DNA from: Nocardioides sp.
Lineage (GTDB): Bacteria; Actinomycetota; Actinomycetes; Propionibacteriales; Nocardioidaceae
DNA length: 64,000 nt
Assembly (NCBI RefSeq): GCF_030150155.1
Contig: NZ_JASLGR010000060.1
Coordinates: 56,813 to 120,812, forward strand
Direction of reading: 5' to 3'
The position numbers were made by a program, and so were the translations under genes. The notes beneath the pieces are model-generated. The model was not told the origin of the DNA. It ran no database searches and saw only the letters and a program-made list of their open reading frames with translations. Position 1 is the first letter of the stretch; the number at the start of each line of letters is the position of its first letter. Below are positions 1 through 9,906 of the stretch, one piece after another.

Positions 1-480
1 GGCCATCCCGGCACGGAGCCGGTCACGCAGGTGCACCAGCACCAGGGTCTCCTCCCGCGACCAGGCTCCGTCGTAGAGCAGGGTCGGGAACCGACCCCCG
101 GTCTCGGAGGAGGCCTGCCGCTTCCAGGCGACCTCGCGGGCCCGGTCGACGGCGAGGTCGAGGAAGAGGTCGTTGAGCCGGGAGCGGATCAGCCGCTCGT
201 GCTCGATCAGCGCCGTCCAGTCCTTCGGGTGGGTGCGGGCGCTGATGAACCGCTGCTTGAGCAGGGTGACCAGGGCGTGCCGCTGGGCGAAGTCCAGGCC
301 GCCCTCGTCGCCCTCCCACAGCGAGACCGAGCCGAGGTCGTAGCCGTCGACGTCGGCGTCGAGCACGTCGAACGGGTCGGTCGCCTCGTCCGCGCCGGGC
401 TCGGCGGTGCCGTCGGGCTCCACGGTCCGGTGGTCGTCGTACGCCTCCGTCATCGTGTCGTCGTCGTGCTCGACACTCAT
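1..480 (-). CDS. jetB: DUF4194-family protein, Wadjet JetB-like (3' part outside window)
   Basis: Not in ORF track; translated by hand from ATG at 480: MSVEHDDDT...[68 protein letters not shown], typical DUF4194 motif; ATGA overlap with upstream DUF3375 gene. Confidence 0.8.
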   Translation of the reverse strand, partial: MSVEHDDDTMTEAYDDHRTVEPDGTAEPGADEATDPFDVLDADVDGYDLGSVSLWEGDEGGLDFAQRHALVTLLKQRFISARTHPKDWTALIEHERLIRSRLNDLFLDLAVDRAREVAWKRQASSETGGRFPTLLYDGAWSREETLVLVHLRDRLRAGMA

Positions 481-2000
481 GCGGGGGTCTCACTCTCTGT
501 CTGGGACATGATCGGGTCGGTGCGGTCGGGGTCGGGCAACGGGGTGCGTGGCACCGCGAAGGTCCGGGTGCTGCCGTCGGGCCGGATCGCGGCATAGGTC
601 TCGACCTCGTCGGCCTCGGCACTCCAGCCGTAGTCGGCGGCCAGGTGCAGCAGGCCGAGGATCTCCACCGGCCGGCGCAGCGACGGCTCGAACGTGTCGA
701 ACACCCCGCCCAGCGTCGATGCCGGCAGCAGGGACCTCATCGAGTCCTCCAGCCGCGAGCGCAGTACGCCGAGGTGCGGGCCGCCCTGGGCCATCAACTC
801 GGCCAGGGTCGTGGTCGGCGCCGCGCTCAGATCGGTCTCGACCAGGGGCGCGGGCAGGATGTCGTCGGCGGGGTCGTAGAACCGCTCGCGCAGGTGCTCC
901 ACCCCGGCCCGCGAGGGCAGCAGCGGTACGTCGTGCGTGGCGCGCGGCCCCGTGGCGGCCATCCAGGTCATCAGCTCGGACTCGACCTGGCGCAGGGTCT
1001 GCTCCAACTCGCGGTCGCGGGCCGCGTCGTGGGAGACGATGTACTCCTTGAGCGTCGCCGTGACCCGGGAGCGCTGGGACAGCACCCGGTCCAGGCCCTC
1101 GCGCACCAGCCGCACGGTGCCGCGCAGCTCGGCACGGTCGGCGTCGGAGAGCATCCCGTCCGAGAGCGGGTGGTCGAGCAGGTCGCCGAGGTCCTCGCGC
1201 AGCTGGGAGACCAGGGCGTCGTCGCGCAGCAGGGTGAACGCCCCGGCGAAGGCACGGCCCTCGTGGGTGGCGGTCATCATCGTGTCGGCCCGCTCCAGGT
1301 AGGCGTCGATCACCTCACCGGCCGGCCGGTCCTCGGCACGGAAGGCGGCCAGGATCTCGGTGCGGATCGCGGCGAACCGCTCCTCGACCCGGGCGAAGTC
1401 GCTGGGCAGCGCACTGATCAGCGAGAGCAGCTCGGTGAAGCCCTCACTCATGTAGTCCTCGGTGACGCTGAGCAGGTCGGAGTCGTCGGTGCCGTCGACG
1501 AGACGGTCCCGCTCGCCCTGGAGCCGCGCGATCTCCTCGTTGAGCAGGGTGACGCGGGTGGAGCGGTCGGGGTGGGCCTCGGAGTTGAACCGGCGCACCG
1601 TGCCCAGGATCGTGGAGATCCGGTGCTCGCTCAGGGTGGCCCGGTCGCGGGCCAGGTTCTTCACCAACTCCAGGGCCTGCTGGGCGTGCGAGGTCAGCGA
1701 GTAGACCTCACGGCCGAGCTCGTCCAGGGAGCGCACCAGCCACTGGCCGCGCATCCAGCGCTGGCAGATGTCGCGGCCACTGCCGTGCGGCAGGTCGGTC
1801 TCGCCGGCCAGCCGGATCTCGGCGAGGTGCTCCTCGACCTGGGTGTGCAGCCGCGCCGTCGGGATCGGCTTGTTGTTGCGCCCGAACGCCGCCCTGAAGA
1901 TCGTGATCACGACGGGCGCCTGGCGCTGGTAGAGCAGCGTCAGGGTCGGCTGCGCGAACGCACCCTTGACCCGCGCCAGCTCACCGGCGATCTCGCTCAA
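477..2000 (-). CDS. jetA: DUF3375-family protein, Wadjet JetA-like
   Basis: 507 aa; N-term '[19 protein letters not shown]', 'W...QWLVR', '[10 protein letters not shown]', 'EGRAF.G' fit DUF3375; TTG start with GGGGAGGT RBS; followed by DUF4194. Confidence 0.8.
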   Translation of the reverse strand: MSEIAGELARVKGAFAQPTLTLLYQRQAPVVITIFRAAFGRNNKPIPTARLHTQVEEHLAEIRLAGETDLPHGSGRDICQRWMRGQWLVRSLDELGREVYSLTSHAQQALELVKNLARDRATLSEHRISTILGTVRRFNSEAHPDRSTRVTLLNEEIARLQGERDRLVDGTDDSDLLSVTEDYMSEGFTELLSLISALPSDFARVEERFAAIRTEILAAFRAEDRPAGEVIDAYLERADTMMTATHEGRAFAGAFTLLRDDALVSQLREDLGDLLDHPLSDGMLSDADRAELRGTVRLVREGLDRVLSQRSRVTATLKEYIVSHDAARDRELEQTLRQVESELMTWMAATGPRATHDVPLLPSRAGVEHLRERFYDPADDILPAPLVETDLSAAPTTTLAELMAQGGPHLGVLRSRLEDSMRSLLPASTLGGVFDTFEPSLRRPVEILGLLHLAADYGWSAEADEVETYAAIRPDGSTRTFAVPRTPLPDPDRTDPIMSQTESETPA

Positions 2001-2124
2001 CGCGCTCGCACCTCCCCGATTCGTGCTGCCTGCGACCCGATCTGGGCCGCAACCTTCCTAGCATCTCAGAATCCGGGCTGAGCGTGGGGGTTCAGGGCCC
2101 GCCCAGGCGGATCGACCCCCACGC

Positions 2125-2784
2125 TCAGCTCCAGGAGTACTCGTGCTCGGGGCGGCCCGTGGCGCCGTACCGTAGTCGGAGCCGGACCCGTCCCGCACGC
2201 GCCAGGTCGGCGAGGTAGCGCTGGGCCGTGGCACGGGAGACGCCCACCGCGTCGGCCACCGCGATCGCGGTCAGCGGCCCGCCCGCGGCGCGCAGTGCCT
2301 CCGCGATCAGGTCCGCGGTCGCGGCCGAGCGCCCCTTGGGCAGCGCGGCACCGGGCCGATCCCCCTCGCGCAGCACCGCCAGCGCCCGGTCGATCGCGGC
2401 CTGGTCGAGGTCGCCCTCGACGTTGAGCTGGCTCCAGGCCCGACCGAAGGCGACGATCCGACCCGCCAGCTCGGCGGCCGAGAACGGCTTGGTCACCACG
2501 GTCAGTGCCCCGGCCGCGACAGCACTGCGGATCGTGGGAGCGTCGCTGGCGGCGGTGATCATCATCACCGCGCCGCCGAGCTCGCCGATCAGCTCGTGGC
2601 CGCGCCGGTCGGGCAGGTACTCGTCGAGCAGGATCAGGTCCGGCTCGTGCTGGGCCGCGAGAGTCAGCGCCTCGGCGGCCTGGTGGGCCAGCCCGATCAC
2701 CTCGAAGCCGGGCAGCTGACTGACGATCCCGGCATGGAGCTGGGCGACGCGGAAGTCGTCGTCGACCACCAGCACCCTGATCAT
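2125..2784 (-). CDS. CitB/DpiA-family response regulator
   Basis: REC domain (VLVVDDD, LLDEYLPD, TKPF) plus C-terminal HTH 'GVSRATAQRYL..L' and 'YGATGRPEH'. Confidence 0.9.
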   Translation of the reverse strand: MIRVLVVDDDFRVAQLHAGIVSQLPGFEVIGLAHQAAEALTLAAQHEPDLILLDEYLPDRRGHELIGELGGAVMMITAASDAPTIRSAVAAGALTVVTKPFSAAELAGRIVAFGRAWSQLNVEGDLDQAAIDRALAVLREGDRPGAALPKGRSAATADLIAEALRAAGGPLTAIAVADAVGVSRATAQRYLADLARAGRVRLRLRYGATGRPEHEYSWS

Positions 2785-4427
2785 CGCTGCACCTGCGGCA
2801 TCGCACGGTCCCCTTCCACACTGAGCACGCCCGCCATCCGGGCCTCGAAGACGGCGCCGCCGTCGACCCCGCCGGGATCGACCAGGGTGATGTCGCCCTG
2901 GTGGGAGCGGGCGGTGTGACGGGCCAGGGCCAGCCCGATGCCGTGGTCGGCCGCCGCAACGGCCGTGGTGGTGAAGCCGTGGGCGAAGATCCGCTCGGCC
3001 ACCTCCGGACTGATCCCGTCACCGGAGTCGGCCACCTGCATCACCAGGTCGGCCCCGTCGGAGACCAGGGTGGTCTCGACCTTCGCCGGCCGGCGGGCAC
3101 CGCGCGCCGCGGCGACGGTGGCATTGTCGAGCAGGTTGGCCAGCACGGTGACGACGTCCAGCGGGGCGAGCAGCGTGCCGTCGACGTACGACGTCGGCGA
3201 GACCTCCAGGGCCACGCCGGCCTCGGAGGCGGCCGCGGCCTTGGCGGCCACGAGGCCTGCCAGATAGGGGTCGTCGATGCCCGCGATCCAGGTCGACCCG
3301 AAGGCCAGCTCGTCGACGTAGGAGGTGGCCTCAGCGACGTGTCCGAGGTGGAGCAGGCCGCCGAGTGCGTGGATCCGGTTGTGGTGCTCGTGGGCCTGGG
3401 CACGCAGCGCGTCGGTGAGGGCGCGGGTCGCCTCCAGCTCGCGGGCGGCCTGGTCGAGGTCGGACCGGTCGCGCAGGATCAGCACCCGGCCCAGGTCGCG
3501 TCCCTCGCGCACGACCTCGACCCGGTAGGCCAGCACCACCCGGTCGTCGAGCACGACGGCGGCGCCGCTGGGGGCGACCGGCCGTTCCAGCAGGTCGAGC
3601 ACAGCCGGGGGCAGGTCGGCATCGACGGCCGGGGTGCCTCGGGTCAGCGCGCAGCCGACCAGACGCTCGGCCTCGGCGTTGGCGACGGTGATCCGGCCAC
3701 CGCGGTCGACGGCGAGCAGACCGTCGCGGACGCCACCCAGGACGGCGGCGTGCTCACGCACCAGGTCGGCCATCTCGTCAGGCTGGAGGCCCAGCGTGGT
3801 CAGCCGCAGCCGCCGGCCCAGGGTGAACGCCCCGAGCACACCGAGGGCGAGCACGCCCGCGGCGACCAGCCCGAGGGCGACCACCATGTCCCAGGTCCGC
3901 GAGGCCACGGCCGCCATCGAGATGCCGACGCTGACCTCGCCCACGACGGCCCCGTCGGGCGCCCGCAGCGGCACCTTGCCCCGCGCCGACATCCCGAGCG
4001 TGCCGCGTTCGACGGTGACCACCTCGCGGCCCTGCAACGCCTCCTCGGGGCTGGTGCTGACCGGCTTGCCGATGTTGGCCACGGTCGGATGGCTCAGCCG
4101 GATCCCGTCGACGTCGGTGACCACGACGTAGAGCGACCCGGTCGCTCGGCGTACCGCCTCCGCAGCCTGCTGCACCGGCCCACGGGCCAAGGCCGCATTG
4201 GAGCCCGCTGTCGGCTCGGCCGCCTCGACCTCGGCGGCCAGGCCGGGCTGCTGGGCCACCGACCGCGCGATCGCCAGGGCGCGCTGCTCGTACTCGTGGG
4301 CCAGGTCGCGGTGCACGATCTCGGCCGCTCCGGCCAGCAGCAGTCCGACCACCACCAGCAGGAGCGCGACCAGGAGTCCGACCCCCTGCGCGCTCAGGGT
4401 CCAGCGCAGCGTGGGGCGCAGCCGCAC
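2781..4427 (-). CDS. CitA/DcuS-family sensor histidine kinase
   Basis: sCache 'GIRLSHP', PAS, H-box 'LRAQAHEHHNRIH', 'NLLDNA', 'DSGDG', 'GIGLAL'; start uncertain (GTG 4427 or ATG 4478). Confidence 0.88.
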   Translation of the reverse strand: MRLRPTLRWTLSAQGVGLLVALLLVVVGLLLAGAAEIVHRDLAHEYEQRALAIARSVAQQPGLAAEVEAAEPTAGSNAALARGPVQQAAEAVRRATGSLYVVVTDVDGIRLSHPTVANIGKPVSTSPEEALQGREVVTVERGTLGMSARGKVPLRAPDGAVVGEVSVGISMAAVASRTWDMVVALGLVAAGVLALGVLGAFTLGRRLRLTTLGLQPDEMADLVREHAAVLGGVRDGLLAVDRGGRITVANAEAERLVGCALTRGTPAVDADLPPAVLDLLERPVAPSGAAVVLDDRVVLAYRVEVVREGRDLGRVLILRDRSDLDQAARELEATRALTDALRAQAHEHHNRIHALGGLLHLGHVAEATSYVDELAFGSTWIAGIDDPYLAGLVAAKAAAASEAGVALEVSPTSYVDGTLLAPLDVVTVLANLLDNATVAAARGARRPAKVETTLVSDGADLVMQVADSGDGISPEVAERIFAHGFTTTAVAAADHGIGLALARHTARSHQGDITLVDPGGVDGGAVFEARMAGVLSVEGDRAMPQVQR

Positions 4428-4505
4428 CGGCCAGCCCCACCGCCCGCTCTGTGACCCAGGTAACACGGTCGTCAGCATAGGTGCGCGCACCCCCGGAACC
4501 GGCGA

Positions 4506-4540
4506 TGAGCAGAATGCGCAGAACGCAACCTGTGTGCTCA
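4506..4540. promoter_or_regulatory. Putative CitB-type regulator site: TGAGCAGAA/TGCGCAGAA 9-bp direct repeat plus inverted half-site TGTGCTCA
   Basis: Tandem 9-mers at 4506-4523 in the divergent kinase/ABC intergenic region. Confidence 0.45.
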
Positions 4541-4599
4541 ACGACGCGATCGCACGCAAGGGTGTGGCGCCAGTCACACCCGGCCCTAGCGTCCCGGCC

Positions 4600-5427
4600 A
4601 TGAGCCAACACTCCCCCAGCGGAACGCCCCCGGCGATCTCGCTCTCCGATGCCACCAAGACGTTCGCCACCCGTGGCGCGACGCCCTTCACGGCCATCCG
4701 CGACGTCGACCTGACCGTGGCCGCCGGTGAGTTCGTCACCGTGGTCGGACCGACCGGCTGCGGCAAGTCGACCACGCTCTCCCTGATCTCCGGCCTGGAG
4801 CCGGCCACCCAGGGCGACGTCGCGGTGCACGGCACCGCGGTCACCGGCATCCCCGACGGGGTCGGCTACATGTTCCAGGCCGATGCGGTCCTGCCCTGGA
4901 AGACGGTGCTGGACAACGTCGCGATCGGGCTGCGCTACCGCGGCGTCGCCAAGGCCGAGGCCCACGAGCGTGCCCAGGACTGGGTCGGCCGGGTCGGGCT
5001 GTCCGGCTTCGAGGACCGCTACCCGCACCAGCTCTCCGGCGGCATGCGCAAGCGGGTCGCGCTGGCCCAGACCCTGATCACCGAGCCGTCGGTGCTGCTG
5101 ATGGACGAGCCCTTCGGCGCCCTCGACGTCCAGACCCGCGAGCTGATGCAGGACGAGCTGCTCCGGCTCTGGTCCGGCTCGGGCGCCGCGGTCGTCTTCG
5201 TCACCCACGACCTGACCGAGGCGATCGCCCTGGCCGACCGGGTCGTCGTCATGACTGCCGGTCCTGCCACGGTCAAGGACATCGTCCCGGTGACCCTGGA
5301 CCGCCCCCGCAAGGTCGAGGAGATCCGTCTCACCGACGAGTTCACCGAGCTCTACCGCCGGGTCTGGGACTCGCTGCGCGAAGAGGTCGAGATCACCCGA
5401 GCCCGAGGAGCCCACCGTGTCGCTTGA
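4600..5427 (+). CDS. ABC transporter ATP-binding protein, NitT/TauT family
   Basis: Walker A GPTGCGKST, LSGGM signature, LLMDEPF, VTHD; likely leaderless start (TAGCGT-7nt-ATG). Confidence 0.93.
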   Translation: MSQHSPSGTPPAISLSDATKTFATRGATPFTAIRDVDLTVAAGEFVTVVGPTGCGKSTTLSLISGLEPATQGDVAVHGTAVTGIPDGVGYMFQADAVLPWKTVLDNVAIGLRYRGVAKAEAHERAQDWVGRVGLSGFEDRYPHQLSGGMRKRVALAQTLITEPSVLLMDEPFGALDVQTRELMQDELLRLWSGSGAAVVFVTHDLTEAIALADRVVVMTAGPATVKDIVPVTLDRPRKVEEIRLTDEFTELYRRVWDSLREEVEITRARGAHRVA

Positions 5428-6331
5428 CCACTCCACCTCCGTGTCCACCGCCGACGCCGACTCCTCCGGTACGCCGGGCTCGGCCCGCCCCACCGCCGCC
5501 ACGCCCCGCCCCGGTCTGTGGGCGCTGCTGCGCGGCAGGTCCGGCTCGCCGTGGCTGATCCACGGTGTCCGCCTCGCCCTGGTCGCGGTCTGGCTGGGCT
5601 CGTGGGAGCTCGCCTGCCGCACCGTGATGGACCCGTTCTACTACTCGATGCCCTCGAAGATCTGGGACAAGCTCGTCACCTGGTTCACCGACGGCACCTC
5701 CCAGGGCTCGATCTGGGTCAACATCCTCACCACCCTGGAGGAGGCGGCGCTGGGCTTCATCATCGGCACCCTGGCCGGTGTCGTGCTCGGCGTCCTGCTG
5801 GGTCGGGCCCAGTTCCTGGCCGACGTGCTCTCCCCCTTCATCAAGGGCGCCAACGCGATCCCCCGGATCGTGCTCGCCTCGCTGTTCGTGATCTGGTTCG
5901 GCCTGGGCATGACCTCGAAGGTCGCCACCGCGTTCGTGCTGGTCTTCTTCGCGGTCTTCTTCAACGCCTTCCAGGGCGCCCGCGAGGTCGACAAGACCCT
6001 GATCGACAACGCCCGCATCCTCGGCGCCAGCCGCTGGTCGCTGCTGCGCACGATCGTCCTGCCCAGTGCGACCAGCTGGATCCTGGCCTCGATGCACGTC
6101 GCGTTCGGCTTCGCCCTGATCGGCGCGGTGGTGGGTGAGTTCACCGGTGCCGACCGCGGCATGGGCCTGCTGATCGCGCGGGCCCAGGGCAACTTCGACG
6201 CCGCCGGGGTGTACGCCGGCATGGTCGTGATCACCGTCGTCGCCCTGGTCGCGGAGTGGCTGATCACGCAGCTCGAGCGACGCCTGACCTCGTGGCGCCC
6301 GCCGTCGTCGTCGGGTGCCTCCGCCCTCTAG
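5417..6331 (+). CDS. ABC transporter permease, NitT/TauT family
   Basis: Multiple TM helices, 'IPRIVLASLFVIWFG', EAA-like 'NARILGAS', 'AVVGE'. Confidence 0.92.
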   Translation: MSLDHSTSVSTADADSSGTPGSARPTAATPRPGLWALLRGRSGSPWLIHGVRLALVAVWLGSWELACRTVMDPFYYSMPSKIWDKLVTWFTDGTSQGSIWVNILTTLEEAALGFIIGTLAGVVLGVLLGRAQFLADVLSPFIKGANAIPRIVLASLFVIWFGLGMTSKVATAFVLVFFAVFFNAFQGAREVDKTLIDNARILGASRWSLLRTIVLPSATSWILASMHVAFGFALIGAVVGEFTGADRGMGLLIARAQGNFDAAGVYAGMVVITVVALVAEWLITQLERRLTSWRPPSSSGASAL

Positions 6332-6396
6332 CCGACTTCCGGGTTCACCACCGCCGACTTCCGGGTTCACCACCGCCGACTTCCGGACTCGCCACC
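6331..6396 (+). repeat. 22-bp tandem repeat array (3 units, GCCGACTTCCGGGTTCACCACC)
   Basis: Two perfect units plus one degenerate; begins on the last base of the permease TAG. Confidence 0.95.
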
Positions 6397-6473
6397 TGGC
6401 GACGTACCCCCGGTGCTCGGCACCACCGCACTTCCGCAGCACGCCTTTCTCACCGCTACGCCCAAGGAGCGTC

Positions 6474-7532
6474 ATGAACACACGCAGCCGTACCCACCGC
6501 ACCGTCCGCGTCACCGCCCTCGTCGGTGCCGCCCTCCTCGCCACCACGTCGCTGGCCGCCTGCGGCCGCGGTGGCGGCGCCGGCGACAGCAAGGCCGACG
6601 GCACCGTCACCATCATGGTCGGCGGGATCGACAAGGTGATCTACCTGCCGGCCAAGCTCACCGAGCAGCTCGGCTACTTCAAGGACGCCGGGGTCAACGT
6701 CAAGCTGATGACCGAGCCGTCCGGTGCCAGCGCCGAGACCCAGCTGGTCGCCAACCAGGTCCAGGGAGTGGTCGGCTTCTACGACCACACCGTCACGATG
6801 CAGGCCCAGGGCAAGTGCATCGAGTCCGTCGTCCAGCTGGCGAAGGTCCCCGGCGAGGTCGAGGTGGTCTCCACCAAGGCCGCCGGATCCCTGACCGGCC
6901 CGGCCGACTTCGCCGGCAAGAAGCTCGGCGTCACCTCGGCCGGCTCCTCGACCGACTACCTGACGCAGTACCTCGCGACGAAGGCCGGTGTCTCCTCGAA
7001 GGACTACACCACCGTCGCCGTCGGTGCCGGCTCCACCTTCACCTCGGCACTGGAGCAGGGCTCGATCGACGCCGGCATGACCACCGACCCCACCGTCGCG
7101 ACCGTGCTCAAGCAGGGCACCGGCAAGATCCTGCTCGACATGCGCACCGTCGAGGGCACCGAGAAGGCCCTCGGCGGGCTCTACCCGGCGGCGTCGCTGT
7201 ACATGAACTGCGACTGGGTGAAGAAGAACCCGCAGACCGTGCAGAAGATCACCGACGCGTTCGTGAAGACGCTCGGCTGGATCGGCTCGCACTCGGCCGC
7301 CGACATCGCGGCGAAGATGCCGGCCGACTACGCCGGCTCCGACGCCGCGCTCTACCAGTCGGCGATCGAAGGGACGAAGGGCACGTTCACCACCGACGGC
7401 GTGATGCCCGAGTCCGGCCCGAAGACCGTGCTCGACGTGCTGGGCACGTTCAGCCCCGACGTGAAAGCGAAGAAGGACAGCATCGACCTGGCCAAGACCT
7501 TCACCACGGAGTTCGTGGACAAGGCGAAGTAG
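6474..7532 (+). CDS. ABC transporter substrate-binding lipoprotein, NitT/TauT (SsuA/NMT1-like)
   Basis: AAGGAG RBS, lipobox LAAC, 'LGYFKDAGVNV', 'GKKLGVTSAGSSTD'. Confidence 0.9.
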   Translation: MNTRSRTHRTVRVTALVGAALLATTSLAACGRGGGAGDSKADGTVTIMVGGIDKVIYLPAKLTEQLGYFKDAGVNVKLMTEPSGASAETQLVANQVQGVVGFYDHTVTMQAQGKCIESVVQLAKVPGEVEVVSTKAAGSLTGPADFAGKKLGVTSAGSSTDYLTQYLATKAGVSSKDYTTVAVGAGSTFTSALEQGSIDAGMTTDPTVATVLKQGTGKILLDMRTVEGTEKALGGLYPAASLYMNCDWVKKNPQTVQKITDAFVKTLGWIGSHSAADIAAKMPADYAGSDAALYQSAIEGTKGTFTTDGVMPESGPKTVLDVLGTFSPDVKAKKDSIDLAKTFTTEFVDKAK

Positions 7533-7585
7533 GCGCCGCCACGCCGAGCAGGCGAGGCGGGCCGAGCAGGCAGCGGCACACAGGA

Positions 7586-7627
7586 AAGGAGGTCAGGAAC
7601 CCACCGCGGTGGGTTCCTGACCTCCTT
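7586..7627. terminator. Perfect 42-bp palindrome, probable bidirectional terminator
   Basis: AAGGAGGTCAGGAACCCACCG|CGGTGGGTTCCTGACCTCCTT between convergent genes. Confidence 0.75.
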
Positions 7628-7662
7628 GTCGGTGTCACTCGATCGGTGTCACCCGATCGTTG

Positions 7663-8910
7663 TCACCCGCCGAGCGAGGTCTGCAGCGTGGTCAAGGCCT
7701 TCGACTCGGCCGTCTGGTCGGGCGAGGACGCCCGGATCGAGGTGAGCACACCGTCGATCTCGGAGTCGAAGAACGTCCACGCCGTACCGTCGGCCTTCTG
7801 CAGCCGCGGCTGCGCGTCGTCCCACGCGGTCTCCAGCTGCTTGGCGGCGCTGGTGGCCCCGCCCTGGTCACCGGCAGCGACCTTGGCCTGGGCGTCCTTG
7901 ACGATCGCGCTCAGCCCGCTGACGTCGGCGGCCGGGAAGTGCGCGGTCGCCTGGGCCGGGGTGAGCTTCACGTCGGAGTGCGCCGGGGTCTCGTCGGCCA
8001 GCGAGGACTGGTGCGGCTGCGACGAGGTGTGGTGCAGCAGCAGGGCCGCAGCGATCGCGGCGACGCCGTACACGCCCAGCACGAGACGCTCCCGGGTGGC
8101 ACCGAAGCCATCGCGGACCGACGGCATCCGTACGTCGGAGTAGACGTCGGCCTTGCTCACCGTCAGGTAGAGGACCGTCGCGGCGATCGCAGCCAGGAAG
8201 ATCACGCTGGTCAGCGCGGTGCCCAGGCCCAGCCCCTGCTCGGACTTGGGCGAGGCGAAGTAGTCACCGATGTTGGCACCCAGCGGCCGGGTCAGGATGT
8301 AGGCCAGCCAGAAGGCCAGCACCGAGTTGCCACCGGCACGCCAGCCGATCGCGACGATCGCGATCAGACCGGCCGGCAGCAGCACCGAGGCGCCGGGGCC
8401 CCAGCCGGTCAGCTCCAGCGTCCAGTCGCCGGCGGCGGTGCCGAGCGCGAACGTGACCAGGACGGCGAGCCAGTAGAACGCCTCGCGGGGAACGGTGGTG
8501 ATGGAGTGGATGGACAGCGTCCGCTCGCGCAGCCACCACACGCCGAAGACGATCGCCAGCAGCACCGCGAAGACCGTGGTGCTGGTCGCCAGCGGCACAC
8601 CGCGGGAGTCGGTGAGGATGTCGGTGTAGAGCGTTCCGGTGATGGAGACGACCACCACCGTGAGCCAGTAGACGAACGGCACGTAGCGCCGCAGACGCAT
8701 CTGGAGGGCGATCACGGCCGCGAGCACGACGGTGAAGATCACCGCGGTGTTCGTCAGGCCGACGCCCAGCGTCATGTTGATCCAGTCGGCGAAGCTCTCC
8801 CCTACGGTCGTGCAGAGGATCTTGATCACCCAGAACCAGATCGTGATCTCGGGGACCTTGTTCAGCATCTGGCGCGTCACCGTGGTGCGGCCGGTGGTGT
8901 CAGCTCTCAT
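7663..8910 (-). CDS. COG4705 (DUF347-repeat) membrane protein with C-terminal helical domain
   Basis: 'NKVPEITIWFWVIKILCTTVGE', 'REAFYWLAVLVTFALGTAAGD', 'FWLAYILTRPLGA' are COG4705 hallmarks. Confidence 0.85.
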   Translation of the reverse strand: MRADTTGRTTVTRQMLNKVPEITIWFWVIKILCTTVGESFADWINMTLGVGLTNTAVIFTVVLAAVIALQMRLRRYVPFVYWLTVVVVSITGTLYTDILTDSRGVPLATSTTVFAVLLAIVFGVWWLRERTLSIHSITTVPREAFYWLAVLVTFALGTAAGDWTLELTGWGPGASVLLPAGLIAIVAIGWRAGGNSVLAFWLAYILTRPLGANIGDYFASPKSEQGLGLGTALTSVIFLAAIAATVLYLTVSKADVYSDVRMPSVRDGFGATRERLVLGVYGVAAIAAALLLHHTSSQPHQSSLADETPAHSDVKLTPAQATAHFPAADVSGLSAIVKDAQAKVAAGDQGGATSAAKQLETAWDDAQPRLQKADGTAWTFFDSEIDGVLTSIRASSPDQTAESKALTTLQTSLGG

Positions 8911-8931
8911 GTAGATGAGCCTGGCCGAACC

Positions 8932-8948
8932 TCTCTGCCACCAACCTG
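8932..8948 (-). promoter_or_regulatory. OmpR-type direct-repeat box CAGGTT-ggtgg-CAGAGA
   Basis: 8 nt upstream of -10-like CAGGCT, which is 7 nt from the ATG at 8910; one of four similar boxes. Confidence 0.6.
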
Positions 8949-8970
8949 GACAGGTTCGCGGCGTCCGGGG

Positions 8971-9906
8971 CTACTTCGAGACCGTCACGAAGGGTCGCCG
9001 GGACCCGGTGCCGAGCGAGGCGAAGATGTCGTCCAGCATCGGCCCGGACGGGTCGCGGCCGACCTCACGGAACCACTCGGTGCCGAGCACCCGACGGCGC
9101 AGCGGCCCGGGCAGCCGCAGCAGCAGCGCCAGGGTGCGGACCGTGGTGCCGCCCTCGGACTGGGAGTGGTGGGCCCGCAGCGAGGCCACCTTCGCACTCA
9201 GATGTCCGCGTACGTCGACCCGGTGCGTGATCTCGGAGCGGGGCAGGAACGCATGATCGAGCTCGGGCATCGCCGGGACCGGCACCAGCGCCGAGATCCG
9301 GCGCAGCGCCCGGGCCGCACGGGCCAGCAGGTCGCGGTCGATGGTCGCCTCCAGCACCACCGGGGTGCCGGCCAGCTCGGCCGCCAGCAGTCCGACGTGG
9401 TGCACCTGGACGTGGTCGGGGTGACCGTAGCCGCCCTGCGCGTCGTAGATGGTGAGCACGTCCGCCTGCTCCTGGCGCAGGATCGCCGCGACCCGCTGGG
9501 CGGCGACCTCGACGTCGGTGGCGGCGAAGGACTCGGTGCCCGCCGGGCCGCGCAGGGTCGGCAGCTCGGTGACGACCGGGTCGGCCCCTGCCTCGGGCGC
9601 CGGGTCGAACCCGGAGTCCCCGTAGCCCAGGAAGTGCACGGCGCAGGCCCCGATCGCTGCCGCCGACGCCTCGAGCTCGGCACGTCGGGCAGCGGCCAGG
9701 CGCGCTCCGGCCAGGTCGTCGCCGGCCAGACCCGCCTCGCCGTCGGTCGCCACCACGAGCACCACCCGGTGCCCCTCGGCGACCGCCCGGGCGAGGGTGC
9801 CCGCGGTCAGCAGGGCCTCGTCGTCGGGGTGGGCGTGCAGCGAGACGACGGTGTACGACGCCCGCCGGGCGACCCTGCCGCGTGGAGTGTGTCCGCCGGC
9901 GCTCAT
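8971..9906 (-). CDS. PIG-L/LmbE-family N-deacetylase (MshB/Mca-like)
   Basis: 'HAHPDDE', 'ATDGEAG', 'RRAEL..SAA', 'YGHPDH', 'K..SLRAHHSQ'. Confidence 0.9.
   Translation of the reverse strand: MSAGGHTPRGRVARRASYTVVSLHAHPDDEALLTAGTLARAVAEGHRVVLVVATDGEAGLAGDDLAGARLAAARRAELEASAAAIGACAVHFLGYGDSGFDPAPEAGADPVVTELPTLRGPAGTESFAATDVEVAAQRVAAILRQEQADVLTIYDAQGGYGHPDHVQVHHVGLLAAELAGTPVVLEATIDRDLLARAARALRRISALVPVPAMPELDHAFLPRSEITHRVDVRGHLSAKVASLRAHHSQSEGGTTVRTLALLLRLPGPLRRRVLGTEWFREVGRDPSGPMLDDIFASLGTGSRRPFVTVSK

Noticed and set aside
8971..9906. Calling the PIG-L protein mshB or mca
   Set aside because: Family motifs are shared, but the context is a glycosylation module, so orthology is unsupported
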